Positions 52,553 through 64,000 of a stretch of 64,000 bases of DNA are shown here, one piece after another. The DNA is from Tubiluchus corallicola (taxonomy: Eukaryota > Animalia > Priapulida). A program made the position numbers and the translations under genes. The notes under the pieces were generated by a model. It searched no databases. It saw only the letters and a program-made list of their open reading frames with translations, and was not told the origin of the DNA. The stretch covers positions 434,001 to 498,000 of the forward strand of contig JAQGDQ010000113.1 in assembly GCA_030141605.1 (NCBI GenBank). The letters are read 5' to 3'. Numbering within the stretch: the stretch's first letter is position 1; the number at the start of each line of letters is the position of its first letter.

Positions 52553-54111
52553 GTAGGTCTAACCCTTTGCATGGCGGGTTAAAGTAATATATGCGTATTT
52601 CTAAATGCATTCAGTCTCAACAATTACAACTGTTAAACTTGTATGCTAACATGTCTCAACTATTGATTTTTACAAAGTTGTTTTTGTCGTCGTCATCATA
52701 TCATACGCCCATTACGTCTATTGTAGTCTAGACATTGGGCAGGATGAATTCTGTTTTTGTCGGTGTCATTGTCAAAAACAGGAAACGTGGGAAATCTTCC
52801 TGTTGTATTCTGAATTATTCACGCTTTGTTTCGCCTTTTTATTATAAATCACTAATTTATAGTGGGTTGTTTTTGATAACATGGCTAACAACCCTATAGT
52901 ATCTGAGTTCATAAACCCGGTATGTATCTGAATTAAAATGTTCTTTGTTTACCTGGCTGTGTACGTGCACTAAAATATTTACCTGGCTAATCAGCGCAAT
53001 ATCCGGGTTTTTCTAGTACACTGATTTGTTTGTACTTCACATGTGTAATTTTGAGTGTTGCAAACAAGTAGTAGCCTAATTTATCATAGTGCTGCGGAAA
53101 TCAACGTAAATATAGAACTGTTAAAGGGGTACTAGCTTAAATATTAATTTAGCAATAGTTGATAGATGGAAGCACAGATACTGAGCATAGTTTATCATTA
53201 AGCTTTACTTTTTACATAGTTCCCTCAACGTATGGAAATAACGTATAACCAATGGCTTCTAAGAAAAAGATCAAGATTTTATTAAAAAGAAGTTCTTTCT
53301 AATTAGTGCATGCCTTTGTCTATTTCAAAGTTAAGATTTTATGATATGTTGCTGATCCTTTTAATCCATTAAGTCCGAAAAAGTTTGGACATGATACTGC
53401 ATACACTTTGTTCAGTTTCTTTCCTTCATTTGCGTCATTGCCTAGTCTTGCTACCTTACATTGCAGATGATATCGTGAGAATAATTACACTTGCTATTAT
53501 CATAGAATAGGCTGTTTTTGCCTTTCAAAACAAATTTTTAAATCATGGACTACGTGATCAGAGAGACTCACGTGTAAATGTGCGCTCAGGTAGAACTGCA
53601 CAGTCGCTCAGGTATAAATCAAAGCAGAGCCGGCTGTTTAGAAGCGTGTTCAAAGGTATTCAGGTGCAAAAGCAGGGCGCTGCTGTGTTTTCAGTGTTAA
53701 AATATACAATGTGAGAAACGCAATTCTCAGTCAAATTTAAAATCTGTTTCTTAGTTACTAAAGAAAGATTAATTGAAAAGCGCCATTTTTCGTTTTTTAA
53801 TTGTTCATATGTGTTAGTGTAGTTGGCGAAGAACGGCTAAAAACTATACACCATATGCAGGCTCATAGAATTACATTGTAAGTACTATAATGTATAACTA
53901 TTACACTTGCTTTCTCATTTAGCAATTTTGAACAGAATAACTTGGAAATTAATTTATTTGTGTACACTGGTGCACTTCGTAACTGCTAATTTCTATATCA
54001 GATTACGACATTTTTGCGAAAATTCATTTGAGTCTGACTACAGTTATTACAGAATTACTAAGTTGAGAAAAGAACAGTTTACAGATGATATCAAGGCAAA
54101 ACTTAACCTAA

Positions 54112-54122
54112 TGATGATGATT

Positions 54123-54204
<82 letters not shown>

Positions 54205-54270
54205 CAACGATGACGACGGCAACGGCGGAGACGACGACGATGAAGATGATGATGATGGCGAAGACGATAA
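54112..54270. repeat. (GAT)n microsatellite
   Basis: Directly visible; it explains the poly-M and poly-S ORFs. Confidence 0.97.
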
Positions 54271-54459
54271 GGATAAAATAATGGTGGTCACTAGTGCTGA
54301 CAGCATCTTAATTAATTCTACTAATTAAATAGGAGTGGCTAACGTGATGATTTCGTAGCCTCGGTCATTTGTTGGATTGCCACATTCTCTTCAAAAAACA
54401 ACAGAGCTGTAATGAAATTTGTGCGATTATAAAGAGAAGCATGAGTGGAAGCTACCACG

Positions 54460-54652
54460 GCTGCTGTTGCTGCTGATGCTGCAGCTGCTGCTACTGCTGC
54501 TGCTGCTGCTTATGGCGATTGTGACAGTGGTTACGGATTTATTTATTATGACAATAACAATTATGACGACGACGACGACGATGATGATGATGATGATAAA
54601 AGTGATGATGACGATGGCGATGGCGATGACGATCACAACGACAATGATGACG
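54460..54652. repeat. (CTG)n and (GAC/GAT)n trinucleotide tracts
   Basis: Directly visible. Confidence 0.9.
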
Positions 54653-56061
54653 GTAAAACACTACAGAAACTAGTACACCTAATTATTCCTCACTAAGCGC
54701 ACAAGTACTCCACCTACAGAAGTAATCGTTTTTTCATTACAGGAACATCATGTTATACAACCTTGGCAACTACAGAGCCACCTACTATGCGTATGTAGGA
54801 ATTAGTGTCGTGTAATAAAAAACGTGGCTCAGCTCTTTATCGTTATTTAATGAATGACAGTCCTGCAATTCACACAAGGCAACAAACATTTTATTTACTT
54901 GTAAAAACTGGAAATTGCAACCGTGACATGTGAATCAGGGACAAATCTAATTGAGCTTGCTGTGTTGGAGAGGGTGGTGGCCTGAGGGGTGTGGGTTAAG
55001 TTTCATGAAAGAAACCATACCGTACTAGGCAAATATACTTCTTCAGCTATGTCATAGTAAAACAGAGATAGAATAGAAAACAGTACATCTACTCGAACCT
55101 CAAATTCAAAATTGCCTTCATTATTTCTTATGCCAAGTAGCATACGTTTGTTGATCCTTGAGCCTTTATAGTTGGTTGGAAAGTAGCAAGTTTTAGCCGA
55201 ACACCAAAAACATTCATAGTAGATTAGCATGACCGGTTTGGAGGCAAAGATTTCTCTACAGGAGGCATTCTCGGGTGTTGTGCATGATTCTAGACATGTC
55301 TGCATGATTTTCTATGCTCGTTTTCTTGGTGAATGACTTCTTCTTCTTCTTACCCAGCAGTGTTAAAGACCACCGGCTAGCTAACTAACGTGAAGAATTA
55401 AAACTAGTTTTGTGTAATTTCAGTGTTTAAAACGCCATTTTTCACACAGTGACAGGTAAAGTACATGTGTGTGTACCTCACCCTGAGGTATGTTAATAAC
55501 ACAAATAAATATTCATGCGCTCTAAATAAGTTCTTATAAAAGAGGAGGCATGCTTGTCGCTGAAAAACGTTTCCGCCTTTTTTGTTACTCTTAAACAATT
55601 TAGAGCATAGACAATGGCGTTGTTGTTCAAGTTTACTAAATAATAAGTTCGTACAGGGTGGTCCTCAACGGAAACACGAAACAGTTCTCCAATTTGATAC
55701 AGCTGGTACGATACAGCTTGCAGCAAACTTAAAGATTAAGATCTATTAGAAAATTGGCCTTCTACAACTTACAACCTGAAATAACTAGTACTAGCATTAA
55801 TAACAGAATAAACCCACAAGTAACTCACAATCTTGAAATTAATATTATAAGTGAATGTATGAGTGAGTGAGTGAGTGAGTGAGTGAGTGAATGCGTGAGT
55901 GAGTGAGCAAATGAGTGAGTGAGCAAAAGAACAAATGAATTAATCAACGAATGGACAGAAAGGTGAACGGATGAACGAGCGAAACAACGAACAATAATAT
56001 TACTAAATAATTAAATATAAAATAACAACACAATCACTCGTCACTGACGTTTCATTAATCA

Positions 56062-56333
56062 GGCGACTGTAATAGCTAAGTGGTCACGTTAGGTGCTTGG
56101 CGTGTGAAGTTAAGCAACCAAGCCTGGCTATTAAGTGGATAGGCGCTAAAGCGTGCTTCTATATGGTTTCATCTGCCGTACTGATTTTCACTGTTTGCCT
56201 CGCTGTATACACATCCGAACAAGGCTGAGACACCTCTGCTGATTCAATGGCTCATCTAACATTATCTTTAGTAATGAAAGGTTTCGATCCCGCTACATTA
56301 GTCTACATTAAGTAGACAGTGGCGTTTAATGTT
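56062..56333 (+). mobile_element. SINE with a tRNA-like A box and a 5S rRNA-derived segment (copy A)
   Basis: TAGCTAAGTGG, then GAAGTTAAGCAAC..GCCTGGCTA..GTGGATAGG (5S internal control region-like), TTTCATCTGCC, GGTTTCGATCCCG, ACATTAAGTAG; colinear with copy B. Confidence 0.7.
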
Positions 56334-56899
56334 AACTCTCAACTGGTACACATTACAGTGTGTACACTGGTACACAGCATGCTAAACTGGAAAAATGACG
56401 CTCTAATGACTAATGAGTAAGGTAGTTACTAACTGCTTATTATTTCAGTTGCACAAAATTGATACCATCACGCGAGAAAATACAATCGTTCGCATAGCGT
56501 TTGAAGTCTCTTTGGAAACTACAAATTTCATCAGCGAATGTAATTTCATTTATTATTATCTTTCTAACATTTGACGCTGTTAAAACGTCCACCAGCAAAC
56601 CGATTAACTGGGGACCAGCTAATAGCATTTTTAACACTTGTGAATATCTAAATAAACAACTCGTCATTGTTCTCATTGTTTAATTAGCAAAAGTGTAGTG
56701 TACTAACATTCTCTAACTATTCTCGAATGTGCAACACTATTAAAACTATTACACTGTACTACTGTTTAAATAACAAGTTTGCAGAAAATGCAAAATTATG
56801 TCAATATTTCTAGCCTGAGGTTATTGTTTTTGCAAATTGTTTTCTTTTATAGGAAGCTCGGTGAAACTTGACATCTTAGTGAAGCTTTTACAAAACAAG

Positions 56900-57748
56900 A
56901 TGCCAGTAGAATCAGTAATTTCAACACGCAAAATGGCAAATGCACCATTTTGTTCACTGCGAAAACGTCTGGGTTGCAGTTTGGACACGTTGGTGGCCAT
57001 TGAGAAACTAGATCCACCTGGCGGCTTAAAAAATTGGAAAACAGTGAGAAATCCCAATTCACATCAAAATCTGCCATCTGTCGGTAGCAACGAGAATTTA
57101 TTTAGTAATTACGAGACTATTCTTTTGAGATTCCAAAACTACAGTAAAAAGAGATGCCACGGTGTCCGGCGTAGCGCCTCCGTCCTGACAGAGAGACAGA
57201 ACGACGATGACAATAAACTATCGAGTAAAATGAATATAGTCAAACGCAGTGTATCCATGTGCTCAACTAGAGATTCTAGTTTGGACAGAGAAAACTCGTG
57301 GGCAAAAATAGCCAAAGGACATTGTGGACAAATACATGATAATGTAGAAAACCACCAAAGTGCCAAGGTACATGTATTATGCTCAAGTTCTCAATATGGA
57401 ACCGTTGGTAATAATCGTGCAAAGAATGGCTGGTCTATTCACTCAAAACCTGATGAATCTGGTAGATTCCCTAAGGTTCAAAGCGGCGAGCTGGCTGATC
57501 CAGTTGAGGAGAATCTTAATGATAATCAGCCTCCATCGGTGTTAAGCACTGCAACACCGCAGCATCAACTCTCATCCAGCTGCACGTCTTTGCCCTCTAG
57601 TGGTGCAACGAGGAACAATGTTTCGGTACATGCTCGACTGAAGATGACTAGGGAAAACCTACAGGAACTTGGAACAATGAGGACGCTGCAAGAACGTAAA
57701 ATGCTTGAAGTCAAACTCATGGTTGGACGGTGGCACGACCGGCACAAG
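56900..57748 (+). CDS. Uncharacterised ~498-aa protein, first coding exon (283 codons)
   Basis: Acceptor ttttcttttatAG| at 56852, first ATG at 56900 (caagATGc), long open frame, donor AAG|GTGGGT at 57748/57749 in phase 0. Confidence 0.85.
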
Positions 57749-59204
57749 GTGGGTGTTCGAGCTATAAGGGGTGAAAGAAGGAGTCTGTAATTAGCGTACT
57801 GAACGACGTTCTTCCCCGTTTCACTGCCCTAGCCTTTTCCAGTAACATAAAACCTTAATTTCCACTAGAAATGATAACTAAATGTATTAATTGCATACTG
57901 GATTTAGTTTATATGCATAAATTACATAAACGCAGGGACTGTAAGTAAGTTTCTTTTCACCTTCAACTCTAAATAGTACTGTGTTTCCTAATTTCGTTTT
58001 CTTCCTTGTTTCCCTTACAAAAAGTCTACTTATTGTCAGAAAAGTACCCACTTGACTAAGATGTTTGCAGTGATTTACTGCGTCTTGCAGTGTAAAATAA
58101 ATAATAAAAGGGAACTAAACAATGATTTGTTTAACGTTAGCCTTAAAGGAACAATAATACTGACTAATCTAATCTAATTAGCCAAAATAATGAAATTAGA
58201 AAGAGTCCGTTTTTCATCAACGAACTGCGGAAATGGTACATTGCAATTAATGTCTGAGTACTTTGAGAAATTTTGATGTCGCCACCTATGACACAGTCTG
58301 TTGCAGAGAAAGCGAGAGAAAGGGGTACAGAGAGAACGAACAAGGAAGCAAGAGAGGGGGGAAAGGGGAGAGGGGAAAAGAGAGGAGAGAGAAAATGAGA
58401 AAGTGAGAGAAAGAGAAAAGGAGAGAGAGAGAGAGAGTATGTAAGTGAGTAAGTGTGTAAGTGTGTAAAAGAGAGCGCGAGCTGACAAATAAAAATAAGA
58501 ATGAAATTGCCCCGATTTAATATTTTGATGAAAGAATTTCATGTTGCAATTATAATATGCGATATACAAATTCTAATATGATAAACAGAAATGCCATTCT
58601 ACGCGCATTAAAATCAAACACGGTTGTTTTAGTTCACAATATATCTGGCCCTAAGCGGTTCAAGAGAGAAAACACAAGAGCTTATCTAGGCCCGTTTAAA
58701 CTGAATTTAGCCAAAGGCATGGCTAGTTTTAGTAGTGAGAAAACCATTGATGAGTGTCATAGAGGTTAATATCCTCATGTATTAAGCCCGTTCAACCATG
58801 TGAGCATAAAGTTTAATAGAATTAGGATAGAATATTAGAAAGTTCATAAGAAGAAATGAAGACTGCGCGTCGAGGGCATAAATTTTTAGGTTGATAAACG
58901 TAACTTTAATCTCTGATTAAATTAATTACAGAACAATAATGTTTTTGTATTCTTTCATACAATATCCACATCATCTTGTCAACATCACAATAAATGAATT
59001 TTGCTGACATCACATTGATCACCTTACACCTCAATTTAGACGTCCCACCCCTATTTTATGCGGTGATCCAAGTTTTCCTATCACAAACATGTTGCGCTTA
59101 TCATAGTTCTATTTTGTCTGCTCTCAGATTCATGCAAATGTGTTGAAAGAACGATGATCATTTAAATCATATAATATTTAATCCCTCCCTTCCTCCCACT
59201 CCCC

Positions 59205-59440
59205 CCACCCAGCGTAACATCTGTGGTCGAGGAAAAATGGTGAGTGGTCAGCTAAGTAGCGCCTATCTGGTTTCAGTAATTGGGTAGATACCCTTTGAGA
59301 AACTGTTCCTAAGTAGTTTCGTCTGCCGTACTTTCCTCTAAAACTGATTTTGTTGAGATTTAAGGGTCTCATCTTAAAGAATTAACCCTGGTAATGAGAC
59401 AGATGCCTATTCTGCCACGCCATATACATTAAATAGGACT
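59205..59440 (+). mobile_element. More decayed relative of the 5S/tRNA SINE (copy C)
   Basis: Shares GTTTCGTCTGCCGTAC and an ACATTAA.TAG-like 3' motif with copies A and B. Confidence 0.45.
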
Positions 59441-60275
59441 TGATAATGAGTGCTGGAACCCTAGGTTTGCCAAACTGTATAAAACACATCGATCCCTATT
59501 ATCATCCGTCAGTTTTATCCATGAAACTTCGACGTCGGGATCAATTCTGCTCGGTATCAGAATCCATTTTCAGGATTTCACATGAAAATCAGACAAACTA
59601 AAGGTGAATCAATGCACTGCTTTTCTCTAATCTATTTTATTTCTTACCGCTTAGTTGATGGAACTGGTCAATTTAAACCTTCTGCAATAACATATTCTTA
59701 TCTCTTAGTTGAAGAAAGTTGGCAATCCAAACCTCCTACACACGAATTTACTAGGACCTAAAGTGCATGTAATACCAAATAGATATAGATACCAGAGAGA
59801 TGGCAAATAATGTCTATTTAAATTTCTTATCCCTAACCCAAAAACAGACGTCTAAATGTCTTAGCAACGAAGTAAACATTGACTCAGTTGTAAATGTATG
59901 TTGGTCGTGTTTACGATGCAAATATCATGGACGCTAACATCATGGACGCATCGCATCTGTCAAAGAGTTATTGGCAAAGTATATACCTTGTACAGCAGGT
60001 AATAGCAATGAGAGTCAGTGTTATCTCTCTTTTCTCTGTTTTATCGTTGCAAAACGCAGAAAGCGAGAGAGAGACAGAGAGAGAGAAGTATAGAGAGGGA
60101 GAAAGAGAGAGAGGGATGTAAGGAAGAGGGAGAGAGGGAGGGAGAGAAATAGAGAGTGAGAAGCGAAATGCGTACACATGTCATAGAAAAAAAACACAAT
60201 GAAACTGGGAAAGTGAAGAAGAATGTATGTCAGATAAATATTATTACTTTTGTCTGATTAGCTGAGACTAACAAG

Positions 60276-60658
60276 CAGGGCCAGATTATCCTATAGGCTA
60301 GTACAGGTTGCAGTCTAGGGCCTTCAACTTAGGAGGCCCTCCAAGTTTTATAACATTTACTAAAAAATCATTTTTTCACTACGGTTGTGATGAAATATAT
60401 GCTAATTTGGTTTACAATAAATAGTACAATGGTGGTGTTTCTTAAAGGATATTTTTATTGACCAACAAAAGGTAACTATTCTAGTTTATTTAAAGAATTT
60501 GCTATAAGTTTATTTCAAGTTATGCAAACGTCGCTAAAATATGTCCCAAATAAAAAAATATTCAAGACGGGTGTGGGCTACTTAGAGGACGGCTGCCTCT
60601 GACGGAGCCCGATAATGTCATTAGCCTAGGGGCACCAAAAGGTCATATTTTGGCCCTG
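60276..60658. mobile_element. hAT-type MITE
   Basis: TIRs CAGGGCCAGATTAT / ATATTTTGGCCCTG; 8-bp TSD CTAACAAG / CTTACACG (6/8). Confidence 0.85.
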
Positions 60659-60814
60659 CTTACACGAACAATTTTTCTATATTTTTGTCTATACAACCTG
60701 AGCAGCCCCTCTTTTCTCTCATTTCAAAATAGACGCTGCTTATGACGTATTATCAATGGCTAGAGTGCATTAAATTAATGTAGCAATTTATTAGATATGT
60801 ATGATACAACGAAC

Positions 60815-61064
60815 GTAATGTTTATAGCAATTGTGGCCCTTAGCAACCGAAGTTAAGCAACGCTCAGCCTAGTCAGTAAATGGTTGGGTTATCGGCGAGT
60901 TCAGTACACATTCCGGAAAGTTTCGTCTGCCTGACTGGTTGCTTTCCACGCATGCGCTAAAAACATGGTTGAGGCACTCCTGCCTATTCTTGGTTTTCCT
61001 TAAGTGGAATTATCTGTGATAATTAAGCTCCGATCCCGCCACAACTGACCACATTAAGTAGTCG
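60815..61064 (+). mobile_element. SINE with a 5S rRNA-derived segment (copy B)
   Basis: CCGAAGTTAAGCAACGCTCAGCCTAGTCAGTAAATGGTTGGGTTATC matches the 5S A/IE/C region; the body is colinear with copy A. Confidence 0.7.
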
Positions 61065-61437
61065 TTTCTTCAGGTTTTGTGTGTTAGATTCCAGCTTGCA
61101 GAGCACCAAACTGCATATATATACAGTTGCAGTGTTGGTAGGGTTGGGTATGCTTGCAAGGTTTTTAATGTGTAGGCCAATGTGAACTGTATATCACAAT
61201 TCTAAAAGAACCTTTTGTCTTCCATAATATCAACTAACTGATTGTATAAAAATTTGCTAACAAGCATTTTGTTAAGATGAAAAACTTCTTTCTAACATTT
61301 CTCACTGTAATGACTTTATTGTTGGAATACCGGTTTTTAACATTTTCAGTTTTGTCTCCCAAAATGTTTTGTACAATGCACGTACTTGCCAATTATGTTA
61401 CGCATTGTAAAACTAATGACCTCTGTTTATCATACAG

Positions 61438-62085
61438 GTGGTGTGCAAACCAGAAAGCCATGTTCAGGGCCACGCAACAAGTAGAGAAACGTGTAACACC
61501 GCCACGTCGCGCCTTCTCCCGAGAATAAACGAAAACTTAGTAAATAATACAACACGATTTGAAGGGCCTACATGTGATTTAAAGTCAAAACTTTCAAGCA
61601 AGACTGAGCGTAATGATTGTTTGGTTTACGACGATTCAGATTACCATAGCAACGGTAGCAACGTGACAACTGAAGATGATCGCGGTTACCATAGCAACGA
61701 GTCACTAGGTCCCGACGGGCTGATGTCTAGCAGATCAGCATCTCCTACAACAACAACAAGCAGCTCAACAGAAATTATCAAAGACACAGAGAAAGACAAT
61801 GATACCGAAAAAACTAAAAACTTAAACGATAATAACACGTCAGCTAAACATGTCGCTCGTATGAAGAATTCTATTTCATCGGCCTTAATAACTACTGTAA
61901 CAAAAAATGATAAATCTACTGCCATTGGAAAACTAGATGTGAAATCCCCGATTCTATCCTCGTTACTAAACAGATCAAACTCGGTCTATTACGGCTCTCT
62001 CGGCCGATCAAAATTAGAAAAGGCAAATTATGAGGCATCAAGTGGATTTCAGAAAAAAGGACGATTTGTGCAGACTGCTGTTTAG
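61438..62085 (+). CDS. Uncharacterised ~498-aa protein, last coding exon (215 aa, ends ..KKGRFVQTAV*)
   Basis: Branch point aCTAAT, acceptor ctgtttatcataCAG| at 61437, phase 0 matching the 57748 donor, open to TAG at 62085. Confidence 0.85.
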   Translation: MVCKPESHVQGHATSRETCNTATSRLLPRINENLVNNTTRFEGPTCDLKSKLSSKTERNDCLVYDDSDYHSNGSNVTTEDDRGYHSNESLGPDGLMSSRSASPTTTTSSSTEIIKDTEKDNDTEKTKNLNDNNTSAKHVARMKNSISSALITTVTKNDKSTAIGKLDVKSPILSSLLNRSNSVYYGSLGRSKLEKANYEASSGFQKKGRFVQTAV

Positions 62086-62662
62086 ATGCTACGGGCATTG
62101 TTCTCAATATTCTGATTCCAAAAACCCTCACTAGACGGCTCTGGCGGGAAGCAGGCCTTCCGGAAGTGCAAAACTTTGAACAGGAAATGTGCGGAATCGG
62201 CCGCAACAATCAAAATGCATGATAGCTATTATATACTGATTGTTTTATTTTATAAGCAAGATTAATTACACTAAAGGAAACTTTAATTATTTAGTTTTGT
62301 CCTGAAAATTTGTTAGAAGCAAGCGGCTTGGTTCATTTTATGGAGCTAATGTTACGGTGACTGCAATAAGTACGCTAACTTGCTACTGGTTTTCCTAGAA
62401 GCCGAGTTTCTACTACAATAAGGCACATCTGTGTAATACTATACTATACTATAAGGGACTTATAGTTTGAACTATTATGCCAAAGGGATATCTGTATAGG
62501 CCTTGGTGATGCAGACGTCATTATTAGTGCTACAGCTGGAAATTGGTATCTTTGATAACAAATTTAACAATTTAGTGCCTCAAATGCAAGGAAAAGCACT
62601 AAGTGCTTTAAAGTTAAGTAACTTATTTCATTAATTGTAATTCACTCAGTTGTTATAAGCCT

Positions 62663-62668
62663 AATAAA
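62663..62668 (+). promoter_or_regulatory. Candidate polyadenylation signal
   Basis: AATAAA ~580 nt after the stop codon, followed by a T-rich stretch. Confidence 0.45.
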
Positions 62669-62747
62669 AAGTACATCCTTTGAAATAATCATTTTTTCAT
62701 TTTATTTGTTTTAATAATATTGAAACAAATATTACGTATTACACAAC

Positions 62748-62748
<1 letters not shown>

Positions 62749-62819
<71 letters not shown>
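62749..62819. repeat. (TA)n microsatellite
   Basis: Directly visible. Confidence 0.98.
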
Positions 62820-62821
<2 letters not shown>

Positions 62822-62839
62822 CTAAACCATCTGTTTATT

Positions 62840-63120
62840 ATGCCCCAGTACGCGTGGAAGCCTCGCACGGCTCGTACCGCCTGCAGTCTTTTAGAGTACG
62901 GTCGAAGAAATTACTGTCGAACACAAGGTCCTCCAATACTTCTTGCAGATGCCCCACAAGTTTGTCTTTTGAATACGGATCAATGGCATGTTCTTGGATC
63001 ATCATGTTCTTTGCCTGCGCTTTTCTGCAATAGCGTTTGACTAGCTATTCCTGCGAATTTACAGGCATGCAGTTCGATCGAAAAAAAATCAACTTCAGTG
63101 TTGATCATGCACATTGTCCC
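62840..63120 (-). mobile_element. Decayed Tc1/mariner transposase C-terminal relic
   Basis: Minus strand ..VDFF..PVNSQE..YSKDKLVGHLQEVLEDLVFDSNFFDRTL/(frameshift) RLQAVRAVRGFHAY resembles the Tc1 WPxNSPDLN ... RLQAVIxxxGxHTxY end; it abuts a TA run. Confidence 0.55.
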
Positions 63121-64000
63121 AGTAATAATTTGATGTAATAAATTGTTCTATTCTATTACTCGTTGTTTTTGAAACCTCCTAACAAAAAGTTATATACAAT
63201 CCTGCATTTCTATACATGTATTGACAGCCTTCCTTTCTGATTCTAACCCTTTACCCTCAGTGGACAATGGCGGTTTGTAAAAAAAAGTTCGATTGACCAG
63301 AATGATATCTAACCTACCGTTCTGAGTTAATGTGGCCATTCTAAATTTGAATGTTTTGGAATTCCTCCGCTACTAACTGGGTTATTCATTCAGAACTGAT
63401 TTATGGTGAAAAGTTTCTCTCCCTTTCTATCCATCTAAATAAACACACGTGGGAAATTATAAGCCGATTTCAGAAATGCTTCTCCTACATTTCTATACTT
63501 ACAAACTGAAACAACAACTTCTTTTTAATTATTATCTATTCTTTATTGCTAAAAATTGTATACAAATGCAAACATAAAATTAAAATCAGTTAACATTAAA
63601 ATCTTGTACACAATAGTTTAAAAAATTGAATAAAGGTAATAGTGTCATATGTAACATGATAAACATACTAAAACAAAACCAATAACTTCAGAAATTAAAG
63701 AGATCAAATCTAAAAAATAAGAATTTCTAATACGTTAATTTGATAGTTACGAACAAATTTGAAGTAAAAAGGTTACTATAGGAATACAGAGTACACGAAA
63801 CAGCAAGCTTCAAATGGGATTTTTATTTTGAATTTTGTATTTTATAATGAGTTTTGAAGACCGCTGACGATGGAGAATAATATTGTTCAAAACGTTCTGG
63901 ATCTTGTTAAATGTAAATCAAAAATAACAACATTGGAAATATTACCTTGAAAAGCAATTAGTTTTTAATGAGTGCAAAGGTGACTAACGCAAACAATACC

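Noticed and set aside
52351-52582. Opposing 73-aa and 63-aa ORFs
   Set aside because: They coincide with a GC-richer promoter/UTR patch, and the plus-strand frame does not match the phase of the next exon.
53907-54696. Poly-M, poly-S, poly-D and poly-A ORFs
   Set aside because: (GAT)n and (CTG)n microsatellites in an intron.
60845-60900. 5S rRNA gene
   Set aside because: Only ~50 nt of diverged internal control region embedded in a SINE body; not a 120-nt gene.
62053-62075. GRFV as an RFxV/I (SPAK/OSR1-binding) motif
   Set aside because: The sequence is R-F-V-Q, which does not fit the consensus.

Overview
Eukaryotic, AT-rich, microsatellite- and transposon-rich DNA from an invertebrate animal. 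The tRNA, SINE and LINE types fit a spiralian or other non-vertebrate metazoan, but the species cannot be fixed from the sequence. There are no operons, CRISPR arrays or rRNA genes, and most ORFs in the track are microsatellite artefacts, antisense shadows or transposon relics. I reconstruct three spliced protein-coding units by reading splice signals; none could be named. (1) A minus-strand gene whose shared downstream exons appear to lie left of the window: a 2.3-kb coding exon (17687-19995, N-terminal membrane anchor plus a Ser-rich disordered region with a DDVF motif) and short candidate exons that all end in phase 2. (2) A TATA-driven minus-strand gene (48810->39472, 4-5 exons) for a ~112/137-aa Cys-containing, probably secreted protein that the ORF track misses entirely. 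(3) A plus-strand gene (56900-57748 + 61438-62085) for a ~498-aa disordered protein ending in a class I PDZ-binding motif. The window also holds an intact tRNA-Gly(GCC), RFX X-box motifs (one perfect, several inside coding exons), a candidate recursive splice site, co-oriented CTCF-like motifs, a tRNA/5S-hybrid SINE family, hAT MITEs, foldback elements, LINE and Tc1 relics and many simple repeats. All gene models are manual and need RNA-seq confirmation.
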